IMG/VR virus record: IMGVR_UViG_3300025723_000069
Coordinates: 1-44,260 of that record
DNA length: 44,260 bases
From: a virus
Taxonomy: Duplodnaviria; Caudoviricetes
Reading direction: 5' to 3' (one strand)
This document shows positions 1 to 9,346 of this stretch, piece after piece (positions within the stretch are counted from its first letter, which is position 1; each line of letters begins with the position of its first letter). A program made the position numbers and the translations under genes. The notes under the pieces are model-generated. The model ran no database searches. It saw nothing but the letters and a program-made list of their open reading frames with translations, and was not told the origin of the DNA.

Positions 1-1847
1 GCAAGTTTAATGCTGTTGATCAGTGTTTCGTCAAATACCAAGAATTCAACTTCATGTTCACGACGAAATCTTTCTTCCCCAATACGACTACGTTCTGTTT
101 CAGCCCACGCATCATCACGTTCTGGATGTTCTCTCCAGTGTGCCTTAAAGGGGAAAAATCCATTCTTACCTACTTCCTGGGTATTACCATGCTCATCATA
201 TCTTAGATTAGCTTCTTTCCATATCTGTGCAAATTGATCTTCATCACTGTTAGGTGTTGAAGTAATAATCGCTTTACCACCTGTGGCTAGTGTAGGTGAT
301 ATCGAAGTCCAGAATTCTGTGGCTACATTGGGCGGAACGAACGCAAACTCATCTGCATATAGCAATGATAAAGAAAGACCACGACCAGTTGTTTCAGTGG
401 TTGTCTGTGCAATAATACGCGAGCCATTATCAAAGTCAATACTTTGTTTGTTATAACTCTTTACTCCACATCGTATATGATCAGCACACAATTCATAGGC
501 ATAACGAATACGAGCCATGATCTCCTGTGCACCTGTATATTTGTGTGCGGCAATTAGAATGGTTGAATCTGGAACAAACATAGCAAACCATAGTAGATAC
601 CCTGCGGCAGTTGTGGTGTTGTGTGTAGGGATCATAGTTTCACCACAAAGGAAAAGATGTCTAGGGTGATCAACTTGAATACAGCGAACAGGAACTGAAT
701 CAACTGGTGTTATTTGAGTTATGTATAATCTTTTATTTTTTGGATGGCCCTTGCATTTTTTCTGCAGATCAGCCTTGCGTTTAAGGTTGAATACTCGGTA
801 TTTGTCAGTTGCAAATCCTAAAGTATAGTATTTTTCACCGTTGAGGGTTTTGAAATTGCATCTGCTTTTGATTCCTAGAGATGTTAGTAATTCTCTTACC
901 TGCTTGATTAAACTATATTTTTTTTGATAAAATTCGCATCTACCAGATCTATTATCAACAGACCCATCAGTGTCCATCAACCCTCTCAAAAGATCTAATC
1001 TTTGTTCTATAGATGATCTTAGATATATATCCGGAATATGTTTGTTTTTAAGTAATGAATGTTCTCTTAGAGTTGGCATCAAACCATATATAGTCCTAAC
1101 CTCGCTATTGGGGCTGTTGACCCTGGGAGGAGACAAAACATATCCATCACTCATTATCAAATTGACCATTTCTATATTATCAATATTTGATTGTGTGTAA
1201 CATCCTCCGGCTGAGGCTCCGTCACCTAACCATACCCCTAATGTATAGGGAGATACAGGTAGATCTTGATAGGAACCTTTTATTGCTTCAGTGATAGGTA
1301 TATATACCACTGTGTTGTTTTTTTCTTTGTAATCTAATATTTCTTTAGTTGTCAATACTTTTTGTTGTATATGCCAAAATCCAGAATTTACTTCCCATAG
1401 ATGCTCTGCATCTGCCAATACCGAATCGCCATTATCAAACTCTACTCGGTAGCAGGTTCGATTATGCATGACTTCGGTTGCAAATGTTACATTTACAGTT
1501 GTTCCGTCTGGGCCTAAGATGTTATCACCGACTTTGATATCTCCCATAGTTGTCCATCCTGTCGGAGTAGCTATTGGTGTATCTAGACTCAGTGCTTTAC
1601 CTGTCTGTCGAGGTAGTAGGTTTACATTGAACCTGTGATTGTGATAACTGTCAATCAGTCTTTTTTGATATTCAAAAGGCTCATATAATAATTTGCCCTT
1701 AGTAGGATGTTGGATGTGAAAGAAATGCTCTAGGAAATAATGTGGACCATTAACAGGATCCATACATTTTCCAAGGTCAACAATATCTTGCTCAGTGAAC
1801 TTTTGTGTAACATGAGCAGTCTTTACTAGTTTATTTTCATTTGCCAT
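1..1847 (-). CDS. terL: Terminase large subunit (T4 gp17-like), intein-containing, truncated by the left window edge
   Basis: Hand translation from ATG at 1847 (MANENKLVKTAHVTQ) is open to position 1. It shows PFEYQ (Q motif), Walker A PRQTGK|TTT split by an intein, TGRGLSLSLLYADEFAF (Walker B), IITSTPN (motif III) and RFRREHEVEF. Not in the ORF track. Confidence 0.95.
   Translation of the reverse strand, partial: MANENKLVKTAHVTQKFTEQDIVDLGKCMDPVNGPHYFLEHFFHIQHPTKGKLLYEPFEYQKRLIDSYHNHRFNVNLLPRQTGKALSLDTPIATPTGWTTMGDIKVGDNILGPDGTTVNVTFATEVMHNRTCYRVEFDNGDSVLADAEHLWEVNSGFWHIQQKVLTTKEILDYKEKNNTVVYIPITEAIKGSYQDLPVSPYTLGVWLGDGASAGGCYTQSNIDNIEMVNLIMSDGYVLSPPRVNSPNSEVRTIYGLMPTLREHSLLKNKHIPDIYLRSSIEQRLDLLRGLMDTDGSVDNRSGRCEFYQKKYSLIKQVRELLTSLGIKSRCNFKTLNGEKYYTLGFATDKYRVFNLKRKADLQKKCKGHPKNKRLYITQITPVDSVPVRCIQVDHPRHLFLCGETMIPTHNTTTAAGYLLWFAMFVPDSTILIAAHKYTGAQEIMARIRYAYELCADHIRCGVKSYNKQSIDFDNGSRIIAQTTTETTGRGLSLSLLYADEFAFVPPNVATEFWTSISPTLATGGKAIITSTPNSDEDQFAQIWKEANLRYDEHGNTQEVGKNGFFPFKAHWREHPERDDAWAETERSRIGEERFRREHEVEFLVFDETLINSIKL
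618..1595 (-). mobile_element. Class 3 intein (326 aa) with LAGLIDADG homing endonuclease, inserted in TerL Walker A
   Basis: Block A ALSLDTPIATPTGWTTMGDIKVGD starts with Ala. Block B is ADAEHLW, block F is PVRCIQVD, and block G is MIPTHN followed by +1 Thr. Endonuclease motifs PYTLGVWLGDG, KHIPDIYL and LLRGLMDTDG are present. Removing it restores PRQTGKTTTAAGYLLW. Confidence 0.95.
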
Positions 1848-1852
1848 ACGAG

Positions 1853-1858
1853 TATTTA
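1853..1858 (-). promoter_or_regulatory. Putative late promoter TAAATA for terL
   Basis: TAAATA 5 nt upstream of the ATG at 1847, no SD; the same motif recurs before many structural genes and resembles the T4 late promoter TATAAATA. Confidence 0.7.
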
Positions 1859-1861
1859 CTG

Positions 1862-1889
1862 AAAAAAATAGGCTCCGAAGAGCCTATTT
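1862..1889 (-). terminator. Intrinsic terminator with cUUCGg tetraloop
   Basis: Minus strand AAATAGGCTC-TTCG-GAGCCTATTT continuing into a T run, just downstream of the 1905 stop. Confidence 0.9.
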
Positions 1890-1904
1890 GGAAAAATGGA
1901 GTGT

Positions 1905-2600
1905 TTAATCACATTTACATTTTTTCATTGGTTCGTGACAAACCTTGCACTCTTTGGCTTCATTGATAAAGTTTTTATACTCAGCCATCAACTGCTCTTC
2001 CATGGTCATGTTAGCTTCTTGTTCTTTTTCTTGCTCGTGTCCCATGGGATTGCCATGAGGATTGTTTTTAGTAGCACGACCATGTGTACTACCATCATTT
2101 GGATGATTGGCAAATTCGTTACCGTCAAATGACTTGTGTGCATCTGGTCGATTAGGAGTAGTATCTACACCCGGAATACCAAATTCATCTTGGCCTTCGT
2201 CGGTTTCTTCTTCGTCACCTTCTTCACCGTCATGCTCGGGATTTAACTTATCTACAACTGACATCATGCCACGCATTTCGTCACCTGCTGATTGATCTGA
2301 TGCACTTGGTCCAACTGCTGTAACAGGCTCAGCTGTCATAACTGTTGGCTCTGGTTCCATACCAAGATGCTCTGGTTCTACTTTTTGTACACCAGCTAGC
2401 TTCATAATAGTAGCCAACATGTTACCTAATTCTTCGCCGTTGTCGGCTGTGATATTCAATGTAGCAGGTGTGCTAGGCTTTTCCATGCCACCCATCATTC
2501 CCATTGGACCACATTCTTCAACACTGATATTTTCTTTGATTACATTGGGATTAGTTGAATCTAGCTCTGCTAGGCGTTTCATTACGTCGATCATTTGCAT
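1905..2600 (-). CDS. Hypothetical acidic low-complexity protein, possible prohead core/internal head protein; C-terminal CxxC..CxC
   Basis: 231-aa ORF with SD-like AGGA, Glu/Met-rich, ends ECKVCHEPMKKCKCD. Function inferred from context only. Confidence 0.6.
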   Translation of the reverse strand: MQMIDVMKRLAELDSTNPNVIKENISVEECGPMGMMGGMEKPSTPATLNITADNGEELGNMLATIMKLAGVQKVEPEHLGMEPEPTVMTAEPVTAVGPSASDQSAGDEMRGMMSVVDKLNPEHDGEEGDEEETDEGQDEFGIPGVDTTPNRPDAHKSFDGNEFANHPNDGSTHGRATKNNPHGNPMGHEQEKEQEANMTMEEQLMAEYKNFINEAKECKVCHEPMKKCKCD

Positions 2601-2602
2601 AA

Positions 2603-3199
2603 TTATTTCCTTCTTGGATCTGGAGCAGACTGCAACATGCTCTGTGTGCTGGCCGGAGTATCAATATTGTATTTGGCCACACCTTCTGTAGGTATCTCTT
2701 CACCACGAGCTTTACGCTGTAATTTTAAGAGATCATTTAATTCTTTGACAAATCCTGAATTGTATTTGTCGCCATAGTAATCTTCAAATTGAGGACTACC
2801 TGCTTCTTTGTAATCTGGATCATCTAACAGTGCACCTTCTCGTTTTTCAACAGGTGTTTGATATTCTTCACTGGGTTCGCCAGGACGACGAACAGCTAGA
2901 TTACCTTTATTAATACCTAGACCTGAACTTATATATTCTGTAAGTTCTTGTTGAGTTGTAGGATAATCTAGATTAACTTCAAAGATTGAAACTTCACAAT
3001 TTCTAATCTGTGGGAAGTCTAGTGGGAATTGTTGAATAGGAGTAACTCCTACTTTCTTGAAAGAATCAACTTTAAAACGCTCCAACATAGACTTGAGTTT
3101 TGTCTCTTGCTCTGCTGTAAACTCTCCTGCTACTTTAACCCTAAAAGGATATTTTTTAGCAGAAGTTGATTCAGATAGATAATTTAGAAAAGTTTTCAT
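2603..3199 (-). CDS. Hypothetical protein, possible internal head protein with capsid-targeting-like N-terminus
   Basis: 198-aa ORF with TAAATA upstream; N-terminus MKTFLNYLSE resembles the T4 IPIII capsid targeting sequence MKTYQEFIAE. Confidence 0.6.
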   Translation of the reverse strand: MKTFLNYLSESTSAKKYPFRVKVAGEFTAEQETKLKSMLERFKVDSFKKVGVTPIQQFPLDFPQIRNCEVSIFEVNLDYPTTQQELTEYISSGLGINKGNLAVRRPGEPSEEYQTPVEKREGALLDDPDYKEAGSPQFEDYYGDKYNSGFVKELNDLLKLQRKARGEEIPTEGVAKYNIDTPASTQSMLQSAPDPRRK

Positions 3200-3205
3200 A
3201 GTGTA

Positions 3206-3685
3206 TTATTTATTCAGATTCTTTAATTTTTCTAAGATGCTATTACGATCTGTGAGTATATAGCCCTCGCCTTCAACAGCTCCTTCACCTTCTTGTCCGT
3301 GTTTTTTATCAATGGCTAACTTCTTAAGTTGCAGATCAACCATCTTTAATTTCTTATCAATCTTGTTGGTTTTAGCAGTAATAGCCGCGTTCATCATCTG
3401 TGCCGCAACTTCAAACATGCGAGCACCATGCCGAGCTTCGACATTCATTCCTAGGTCCATTAGATCATCGTAGGCTTGTTCTGCTTTGGCAGCCAGTGCA
3501 TCTAGTTCTGAATCGCTGATATCACCTAGCCCTTTTACACGTGGTAGAGCGGCTGATATTTTATCAAATTCTTCTAAGCGTTCTTCGAGAGTAATCACGG
3601 CCTGAGTTTGTACAGGTTCGCCCGGTGCAGGCATAACCATAGGGTCGTCTGGTAAGTCAAATACTTCTTGTAATTTCTTAGTCAT
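3206..3685 (-). CDS. Probable terminase small subunit (T4 gp16-like)
   Basis: 159-aa helical-looking protein near terL; ARMFEVAAQMM followed by a coiled-coil-like stretch recalls the gp16 core. Weak similarity only. Confidence 0.45.
   Translation of the reverse strand: MTKKLQEVFDLPDDPMVMPAPGEPVQTQAVITLEERLEEFDKISAALPRVKGLGDISDSELDALAAKAEQAYDDLMDLGMNVEARHGARMFEVAAQMMNAAITAKTNKIDKKLKMVDLQLKKLAIDKKHGQEGEGAVEGEGYILTDRNSILEKLKNLNK
3207..3212 (-). promoter_or_regulatory. Putative late promoter TAAATA overlapping the upstream stop codon
   Basis: AAT AAA TAA contains TAAATA, 7 nt before the ATG at 3199. Confidence 0.6.
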
Positions 3686-3689
3686 AATC

Positions 3690-4145
3690 TTACTTATTCC
3701 GTTTTTTTGTAGTCTTTGTATTTGTGAATATATCAGATTCGTTTATAACTCGAAACTTAATACCTTTGTTGCGACACCAGGCATTTGCGGCCTCCCACTT
3801 GGCTAGATTTTTAACATACTGCGTTTGATTGTAGGGATTTTTACCAACTTTTTCCAGCATCATTTGATTCTTTGGTTTTATTTCTACCATCTCTACATGT
3901 TTACCTTGATTCTTATCTATGTAGGTTATTAGAAAGTCTGGTACATAAACTGTTTGTTTACCAGTCAGGGGATCTCTGTAGGGAATTTTAACTGGTTCGC
4001 TGGCCCACTGTTGTATGCTAGGATTGTTGTCACAGAACATGCAAAATGTTGTTTCCCAAGAACTGCGACAATAAGGAGGTTTTGATCCCACATACTTGTC
4101 TGGGTTTTTGACTGTATAAATTCCCTGACTGTATTTTAAGCTCAT
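3690..4145 (-). CDS. Head completion nuclease (T4 gp4-like, TnsA-like PD-(D/E)xK)
   Basis: KNPDKYVG, RSSWE, WASEPVKIPY, YVPDF and VEIKP motifs. Confidence 0.9.
   Translation of the reverse strand: MSLKYSQGIYTVKNPDKYVGSKPPYCRSSWETTFCMFCDNNPSIQQWASEPVKIPYRDPLTGKQTVYVPDFLITYIDKNQGKHVEMVEIKPKNQMMLEKVGKNPYNQTQYVKNLAKWEAANAWCRNKGIKFRVINESDIFTNTKTTKKRNK
3691..3696 (-). promoter_or_regulatory. Putative late promoter variant TAAGTA overlapping the upstream stop codon
   Basis: AAT AAG TAA contains TAAGTA, 5 nt before the ATG at 3685. Confidence 0.5.
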
Positions 4146-4519
4146 GCTATGATTGTTCTAGCAACAGGTTCGAACGGTGTAAAGCCAGTGGCATTACCTA
4201 AAAAACTAGTTTTATATCTGTTGTAATTTAGTATTTCAGCAATGATGTTGTTTAATGAAACATCATTTAATCCTTTAAGAGAATCTAAAACATTAATAGG
4301 ATTGTAGCCATCTAATTGTGCTTGTTTGATTAATGCAATAGCTGTAGTTTCTGATGCACTAATATCAAATCCTCGGCTTTGAAAAAATCCTGTCATCATA
4401 CTATAGGTAGTGGAATCTATTGCCAATGGCTTAGAATAATAGGCATCCATGGCTGCTACTGTAGAATTATTGCTTACAGGGCTCGGTGGGAGATTGCTGT
4501 ATAGATTAGTTCCTGACAT
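4142..4519 (-). CDS. Hypothetical protein in the structural cluster
   Basis: 125-aa ORF, ATGA-type overlap with the gp4-like gene. Confidence 0.7.
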   Translation of the reverse strand: MSGTNLYSNLPPSPVSNNSTVAAMDAYYSKPLAIDSTTYSMMTGFFQSRGFDISASETTAIALIKQAQLDGYNPINVLDSLKGLNDVSLNNIIAEILNYNRYKTSFLGNATGFTPFEPVARTIIA

Positions 4520-4520
4520 A

Positions 4521-5603
4521 TTATATTTTCTTAGCCAGTGTCACTGGTCCTGCATTAATAGTCTGTACGCCATGTAATCCACCGCGACCGGAAGATACAT
4601 TAAATCCAAGATTAAGTGGACCCAATTGTTGCGTGCCTGATATTTGTAAGTGGCCCATGAATAGTCCTATAGACAATCCACTACTGGGTTGTTGTGCATA
4701 GGCCTTTTCAGCAAGGTTGGGATCTCCTCCCCAATTTTGAACATAGCCTACTAATGGTTTTTTATACTGTGGGTATGGTGGTTTCTTACCAAATACTGCG
4801 GCATCATTGGGCAATTTTCCATTGGCGGCAGGAGTTGAATTCAGGATGTTACCGCCTACACTCAATGGACTTGCAACATTATCATAGTATCTAAGGGCAA
4901 ATAATGGCGGATTAGTTACGGTGCCGTTATTTTTTTCAATTTCGCCTTCTAAATATACTACATTTTCATAAGCTACAGTCATCTTATTAGTTAATATGTT
5001 GTTACCATTAGATTGATCCAGTTTATCATGATCCCACGCTGTGACCAAAGGATTAACTAATATCATTTGTGTAAACTTTTGTTGATGTAATACAAAAATT
5101 TCTATTGTATCAAAGAATGGTTCATTTTGATAATTGCCTAAACCGTAGGCATAATCAGTTGTACCGTATTTGCTATTTTCCCAATAGGCTCTATTACCAC
5201 TACTATAATTACTATCTACAAAATAATACTTGTAATAATTTTTCCATAGACCGTTTGTTATATCACTATTATCATCATGAAATTCTATATTAACAGGTTC
5301 ATAGATCAACTTAGACTGTACATTTACTTTTCTATTGTATTGATTTACAGTTTCTGTAGTAATCTTAAATTTAGGCATATCAATTTTTTTAACCAATAAA
5401 CCTACATCTTTCTGTGCGCTGTTGGCCCATCCTTGATCCCCTACTACATTATCATTGATATTAAAATAAACATAATATAAGAAACCAAGTTTAGGTGCTC
5501 GAGCATAATTATTGGCTACATATAGTTTGCTGGCATGATCGAAACTTTTGAAGATTGTTCCCTGGCCATTGTTACTTACGAAATGATTGAAAGATGTACT
5601 CAT
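4521..5603 (-). CDS. Tail tube-like protein (gp54/gp19 family, possible tube initiator) with C-terminal extension
   Basis: LVKKIDMPKF..NQYNRK..YEPVNIEFHDD and MTVAYEN parallel the adjacent tube protein (VERPKP..DVYNSV..FDDIKLVVRDD..MTICYDN). Confidence 0.65.
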   Translation of the reverse strand: MSTSFNHFVSNNGQGTIFKSFDHASKLYVANNYARAPKLGFLYYVYFNINDNVVGDQGWANSAQKDVGLLVKKIDMPKFKITTETVNQYNRKVNVQSKLIYEPVNIEFHDDNSDITNGLWKNYYKYYFVDSNYSSGNRAYWENSKYGTTDYAYGLGNYQNEPFFDTIEIFVLHQQKFTQMILVNPLVTAWDHDKLDQSNGNNILTNKMTVAYENVVYLEGEIEKNNGTVTNPPLFALRYYDNVASPLSVGGNILNSTPAANGKLPNDAAVFGKKPPYPQYKKPLVGYVQNWGGDPNLAEKAYAQQPSSGLSIGLFMGHLQISGTQQLGPLNLGFNVSSGRGGLHGVQTINAGPVTLAKKI

Positions 5604-5608
5604 AGTTT

Positions 5609-5616
5609 TATTTATA
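5609..5616 (-). promoter_or_regulatory. T4-type late promoter TATAAATA
   Basis: Exact TATAAATA 5 nt upstream of the ATG at 5603. Confidence 0.8.
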
Positions 5617-5621
5617 TCAAC

Positions 5622-5647
5622 AAAAAAGCCCAGTATAAACTGGGCTT
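5622..5647 (-). terminator. Intrinsic terminator after sheath-tube operon
   Basis: Minus strand AAGCCCAGT-TTAT-ACTGGGCTT continuing into a T run. Confidence 0.85.
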
Positions 5648-5669
5648 AATTTGTAGTAAAAAAATACTA

Positions 5670-6305
5670 TTAGCTACCTATTGCTGATGTTCCTACTGTA
5701 CGACCAACTGGTTGGCCTAGGCCGATCAATCCACCTGCTTCATCAGTTTGTACTGCATTATCGTAACAGATAGTCATTTCAATAGTCATTGCTTCAGTAC
5801 CCTTAGAGTAGTCTCCTTGTGAGTAGGTTACAGCCTTAATCCAGCAACCTTGTACTTCGAATGATTCAAGCACGATTGGTTGATAAGCTCCGTTACCGCC
5901 ATCTAAGATTTCGATAACCATTGTAAACTTATAATCTAATCCACTTGCGGCACTAGCTTGCTCAAAAAAGTCAAATTGTTTCTGCATTTGTTGACCAACT
6001 TTATTGGTCACAATATTAGTCATGTCATCGCGTACAACAAGTTTGATATCATCAAAACTGTGTTTACCAGCTAGTTTTACTACACTGTTGTAAACATCTA
6101 ATTTAATTTCATCAAACTTTGGTTTTGGACGCTCTACATTCATAACTTGTTTAGTTAATTCTGTTGCCGGATCTCCGCCGACTCCAAAGTCAAACAATGA
6201 TACCCTAAATCTATAGGCTAACTTTGGCATCAACAAACCTTGGTTACTAGCACTTTGGTCTGTGTTCAGCGGAACTGTAAATCTTGATAAACTTGCGATT
6301 GGCAT
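5670..6305 (-). CDS. Tail tube protein (T4 gp19-like)
   Basis: 211 aa directly downstream of the sheath gene, SD AAGGAG; YRFRV, KLAGKHSF, GCWI and TICYD pattern. Confidence 0.85.
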   Translation of the reverse strand: MPIASLSRFTVPLNTDQSASNQGLLMPKLAYRFRVSLFDFGVGGDPATELTKQVMNVERPKPKFDEIKLDVYNSVVKLAGKHSFDDIKLVVRDDMTNIVTNKVGQQMQKQFDFFEQASAASGLDYKFTMVIEILDGGNGAYQPIVLESFEVQGCWIKAVTYSQGDYSKGTEAMTIEMTICYDNAVQTDEAGGLIGLGQPVGRTVGTSAIGS

Positions 6306-6325
6306 TTGTATGCTCCTTTTTTGTC

Positions 6326-9250
6326 TTATTTTGCTTGTGAACCGTAATTACCGGCTGCAATAGCTCCAGTATTCAACAGTCTTAATGGAATGTAAATAAA
6401 CTCCACTGCTTTGACTGGTTCAATAGCAATGTCTACATACAGTTCTGATTGATCAATTCTTGCAGGAGTATTGTTAGTTGAATCACAAACTACAACATAA
6501 TCGTAAATAGCTCGTTGACCTACTAATTCTAATAATAAACCTTCAATACTAGTTTTAATCTCTTTGCGTGTTTGACTATCATTTGGTTCAAACAAGAATG
6601 GTTTGCTTAGAATAGCTAGTTGTCTTCGTAGATATCCAACTAGTCGTGCTACATTAATTCTATCTAAAGAACTTGGTGCGTTTGCACGAGTATATTGCCC
6701 CATGTTAACTAAACCAACTCCTGGCAATGTTGCAATAGGATTAATTTTAACACCTGACAACACATCACGAAGTCCTTGATATAGACTTACAGTTTTAAAT
6801 TCGCCTGTATCATTAACATATCCAACTGAACTAGCATTGTCAACAGTACCACGGCGCGTACCTGCAGGTGCAAACCATAGATATGATTTGTTATCACTAT
6901 TAATGATAGTACGCAACATCATATGACTTGGAGGGACAACAATATTGTTTCCTAAGTTATCGTTAGTGTAACCACTGGGATAGAACACTGACATATAGTT
7001 ATCATATGTAACTAATCCAGTATCACCATTATCTGCGGCATTAGCAGTATTATTACCATAATTAGATAATGCTGTACCAGTTGGCTCTAAACGGAATGGT
7101 GTATCTGCAACAACAAATGCTGTTTGACCGATGTCTGTGTTGAACGCAACCATATCTTGAATTAGCTCTGTATAGCCAGGTGTAGCAATCAAATTAAAGT
7201 TCAATGTGTCTGTATCTCGAATGCTTTGATTTGTTGTAATCATAGCTTTGAGTGCAGATGTTATAACACCACGCTGTGCTAAACGACCAAATGTTCCGAC
7301 TCCGTTTGAATCGTTAGGGCTAGCTGTAACCCAACGGTCTGGATACTCGGAATTAGAAATATAATTTCTATGATATTTCTTAACATTATTACCGCTTCGA
7401 CGAGTGTTAAACAAACGTGTTCCTGTAGGATATAGCTGTGGATTAGGTGCATCAGCATCTACATAGTTAGTAACCAATAAATCAGCAATGCTCATCGGAT
7501 CATATGATGTTCCGTCATTGTATCTTGCATCAGCAAAAATCCAACCATTAGGGCTAGAATGATCAGTTACATCTTGTATTTCCCAAGCTGATCCGTCGTA
7601 GAGATAGATATTTTGTCCATATTGATCAGGAGTTGATGTATCGATCCAAATATCGCCTACAACCAACGGAGTGGTACCATCACTTTGAGTTGATGGCGCA
7701 CTTGCCTGAACCAATGGTCCATTAGGATCTGTAGCAGGGAAAACATTACCATAACCAACCCACTCATTACCTTCATTGTACATGATATCTACATCTAATG
7801 TACTGTCAAACCATAGTTTACCATCTGCAGGAGTAGTAAATGGAGCATACGATAATGCCTCATACACCAAGGGTCTCCAATTTGATGCTCGTAAATCATA
7901 ATTGTCGCCCATCGGAGCGGCATATAAATTTGCTGTTGAATCAACATTATATCCCATTAATGCAATTGAACCATGAGTATCTTGAATCTCAAATTCTCCA
8001 CCTAACACATGATTAATAGTAAGTCTATCTGTTACTGAATCCCATGTTGTTTTAATGTTAATCAAATCAGAATCAGCGTTAATACTACTAGCAATCAACT
8101 GACCTAGTGGTGTTGATGTAGTTGTGTTTATATGCACAGTTTTAGCAGTATTCCATTGTCCACTTGCTAATGTTTCTCTAATAACAAATGATGAATTACT
8201 TGATGTTGTTACTGCACTAGCAACACTGATTGATGTCGGTGAGTTAGAATATCTAATATAAAGTTCAAAATTACTGTTAGTAGCAGTAGTTGCCGCACCG
8301 TTGTCGTAATCACTCCATACCATTACTGTACCAACAGGAATTTTACTTCCGCCATGTACAGGATCAAGTGCAACTATAGCAGCCTCTGTGCTTGGATAGA
8401 TATTAGCTGTAACTCTAGTCCATGCTTGCGTAGCTCCATTATAATATTTTACATCCCAATTAGCACCAAGTACTGGTGTAGTTGTTTTGATCCAAATACT
8501 ACCCGTTGGTGCATTTAAATGATTTGTTCCTGTATTTGTAAAGTTAGGATATTGATAGTGCGGGCTAATTGCTAGTTTTTTACCACCATCAAATGTATTT
8601 TCTACAATTACCCAACCTGTAGTTGATCTGTAAAATAATTGATTTTGATTTTCACTAGTAATTGCTATGGCATAATCACCAACTGAACCAAAAGTATTCT
8701 TAGGAACTCCACCATTGGCCAATAAATCAGTAAGTTCTGAAATATTACTGTTATCAATGATCAACGGAGTTTTAACTGTGAATTTTTTAGTAACACTATT
8801 CCACTCGTTGATACCAAATAAACTATTTGAAGTATCGACCCAATATGTATTTGCTACAGGAGAACCTTCTGGTGCTGTACCACTAGGATGTAATGATCCT
8901 AGATCAACATCTGCACGAACAATATAAGCCTTACTACTAACACCTAATACACTGTAAGCCGCTTGTAATCCATACTCATTGAGCTCGCCACCATTGATTG
9001 GATTATTTTCTGCATCAGTTTGGAAATAAGGAGTACCAAATGTATCAGTTAAATCTCGTTGGCTGGTAATGACCCAGACTGTGCCAGCATTGGCTGATGT
9101 TGTTCCTTGTGCTGTACCTGTGCCGCTGGCATTTGCCTTATCTTGTGCTGTTGCTACAAATACCATTGGAACTGTTCCAGGTGCCGCAGGGTTATAGAAA
9201 CTTTCGTCTACTACTGTTACGCTTACGCCTGGTGATTGTAATGTTGTCAT
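6326..9250 (-). CDS. Contractile tail sheath protein (T4 gp18-like), enlarged
   Basis: N-terminal LQSPGVSVTVVDES; C-terminal WFAPAG, DRINVARL, FLFEPND, CDSTNNTP and IEPVKAVEFIYI. Confidence 0.95.
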   Translation of the reverse strand: MTTLQSPGVSVTVVDESFYNPAAPGTVPMVFVATAQDKANASGTGTAQGTTSANAGTVWVITSQRDLTDTFGTPYFQTDAENNPINGGELNEYGLQAAYSVLGVSSKAYIVRADVDLGSLHPSGTAPEGSPVANTYWVDTSNSLFGINEWNSVTKKFTVKTPLIIDNSNISELTDLLANGGVPKNTFGSVGDYAIAITSENQNQLFYRSTTGWVIVENTFDGGKKLAISPHYQYPNFTNTGTNHLNAPTGSIWIKTTTPVLGANWDVKYYNGATQAWTRVTANIYPSTEAAIVALDPVHGGSKIPVGTVMVWSDYDNGAATTATNSNFELYIRYSNSPTSISVASAVTTSSNSSFVIRETLASGQWNTAKTVHINTTTSTPLGQLIASSINADSDLINIKTTWDSVTDRLTINHVLGGEFEIQDTHGSIALMGYNVDSTANLYAAPMGDNYDLRASNWRPLVYEALSYAPFTTPADGKLWFDSTLDVDIMYNEGNEWVGYGNVFPATDPNGPLVQASAPSTQSDGTTPLVVGDIWIDTSTPDQYGQNIYLYDGSAWEIQDVTDHSSPNGWIFADARYNDGTSYDPMSIADLLVTNYVDADAPNPQLYPTGTRLFNTRRSGNNVKKYHRNYISNSEYPDRWVTASPNDSNGVGTFGRLAQRGVITSALKAMITTNQSIRDTDTLNFNLIATPGYTELIQDMVAFNTDIGQTAFVVADTPFRLEPTGTALSNYGNNTANAADNGDTGLVTYDNYMSVFYPSGYTNDNLGNNIVVPPSHMMLRTIINSDNKSYLWFAPAGTRRGTVDNASSVGYVNDTGEFKTVSLYQGLRDVLSGVKINPIATLPGVGLVNMGQYTRANAPSSLDRINVARLVGYLRRQLAILSKPFLFEPNDSQTRKEIKTSIEGLLLELVGQRAIYDYVVVCDSTNNTPARIDQSELYVDIAIEPVKAVEFIYIPLRLLNTGAIAAGNYGSQAK

Positions 9251-9281
9251 TTTAAAAACTCCTTAGTGGATTACTTTGTTT

Positions 9282-9316
9282 TATTTAGTCGCGTATCCAA
9301 AAAAAATCCATAAATA
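9282..9316. promoter_or_regulatory. Divergent TAAATA motifs: minus 9282-9287 (sheath) and plus 9311-9316 (HNH-like gene)
   Basis: Both motifs lie in the intergenic region; the sheath gene also has SD AAGGAG. Confidence 0.6.
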
Positions 9317-9346
9317 TCATGATATAAAAAGGGCATAAAAGGGCAC

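Noticed and set aside
10-2777. Short plus-strand ORFs (10..237, 970..1200, 1896..2132, 2107..2295, 2419..2691, 2595..2777)
   Set aside because: Antisense to terL, its intein and the adjacent minus-strand genes; no recognisable motifs.
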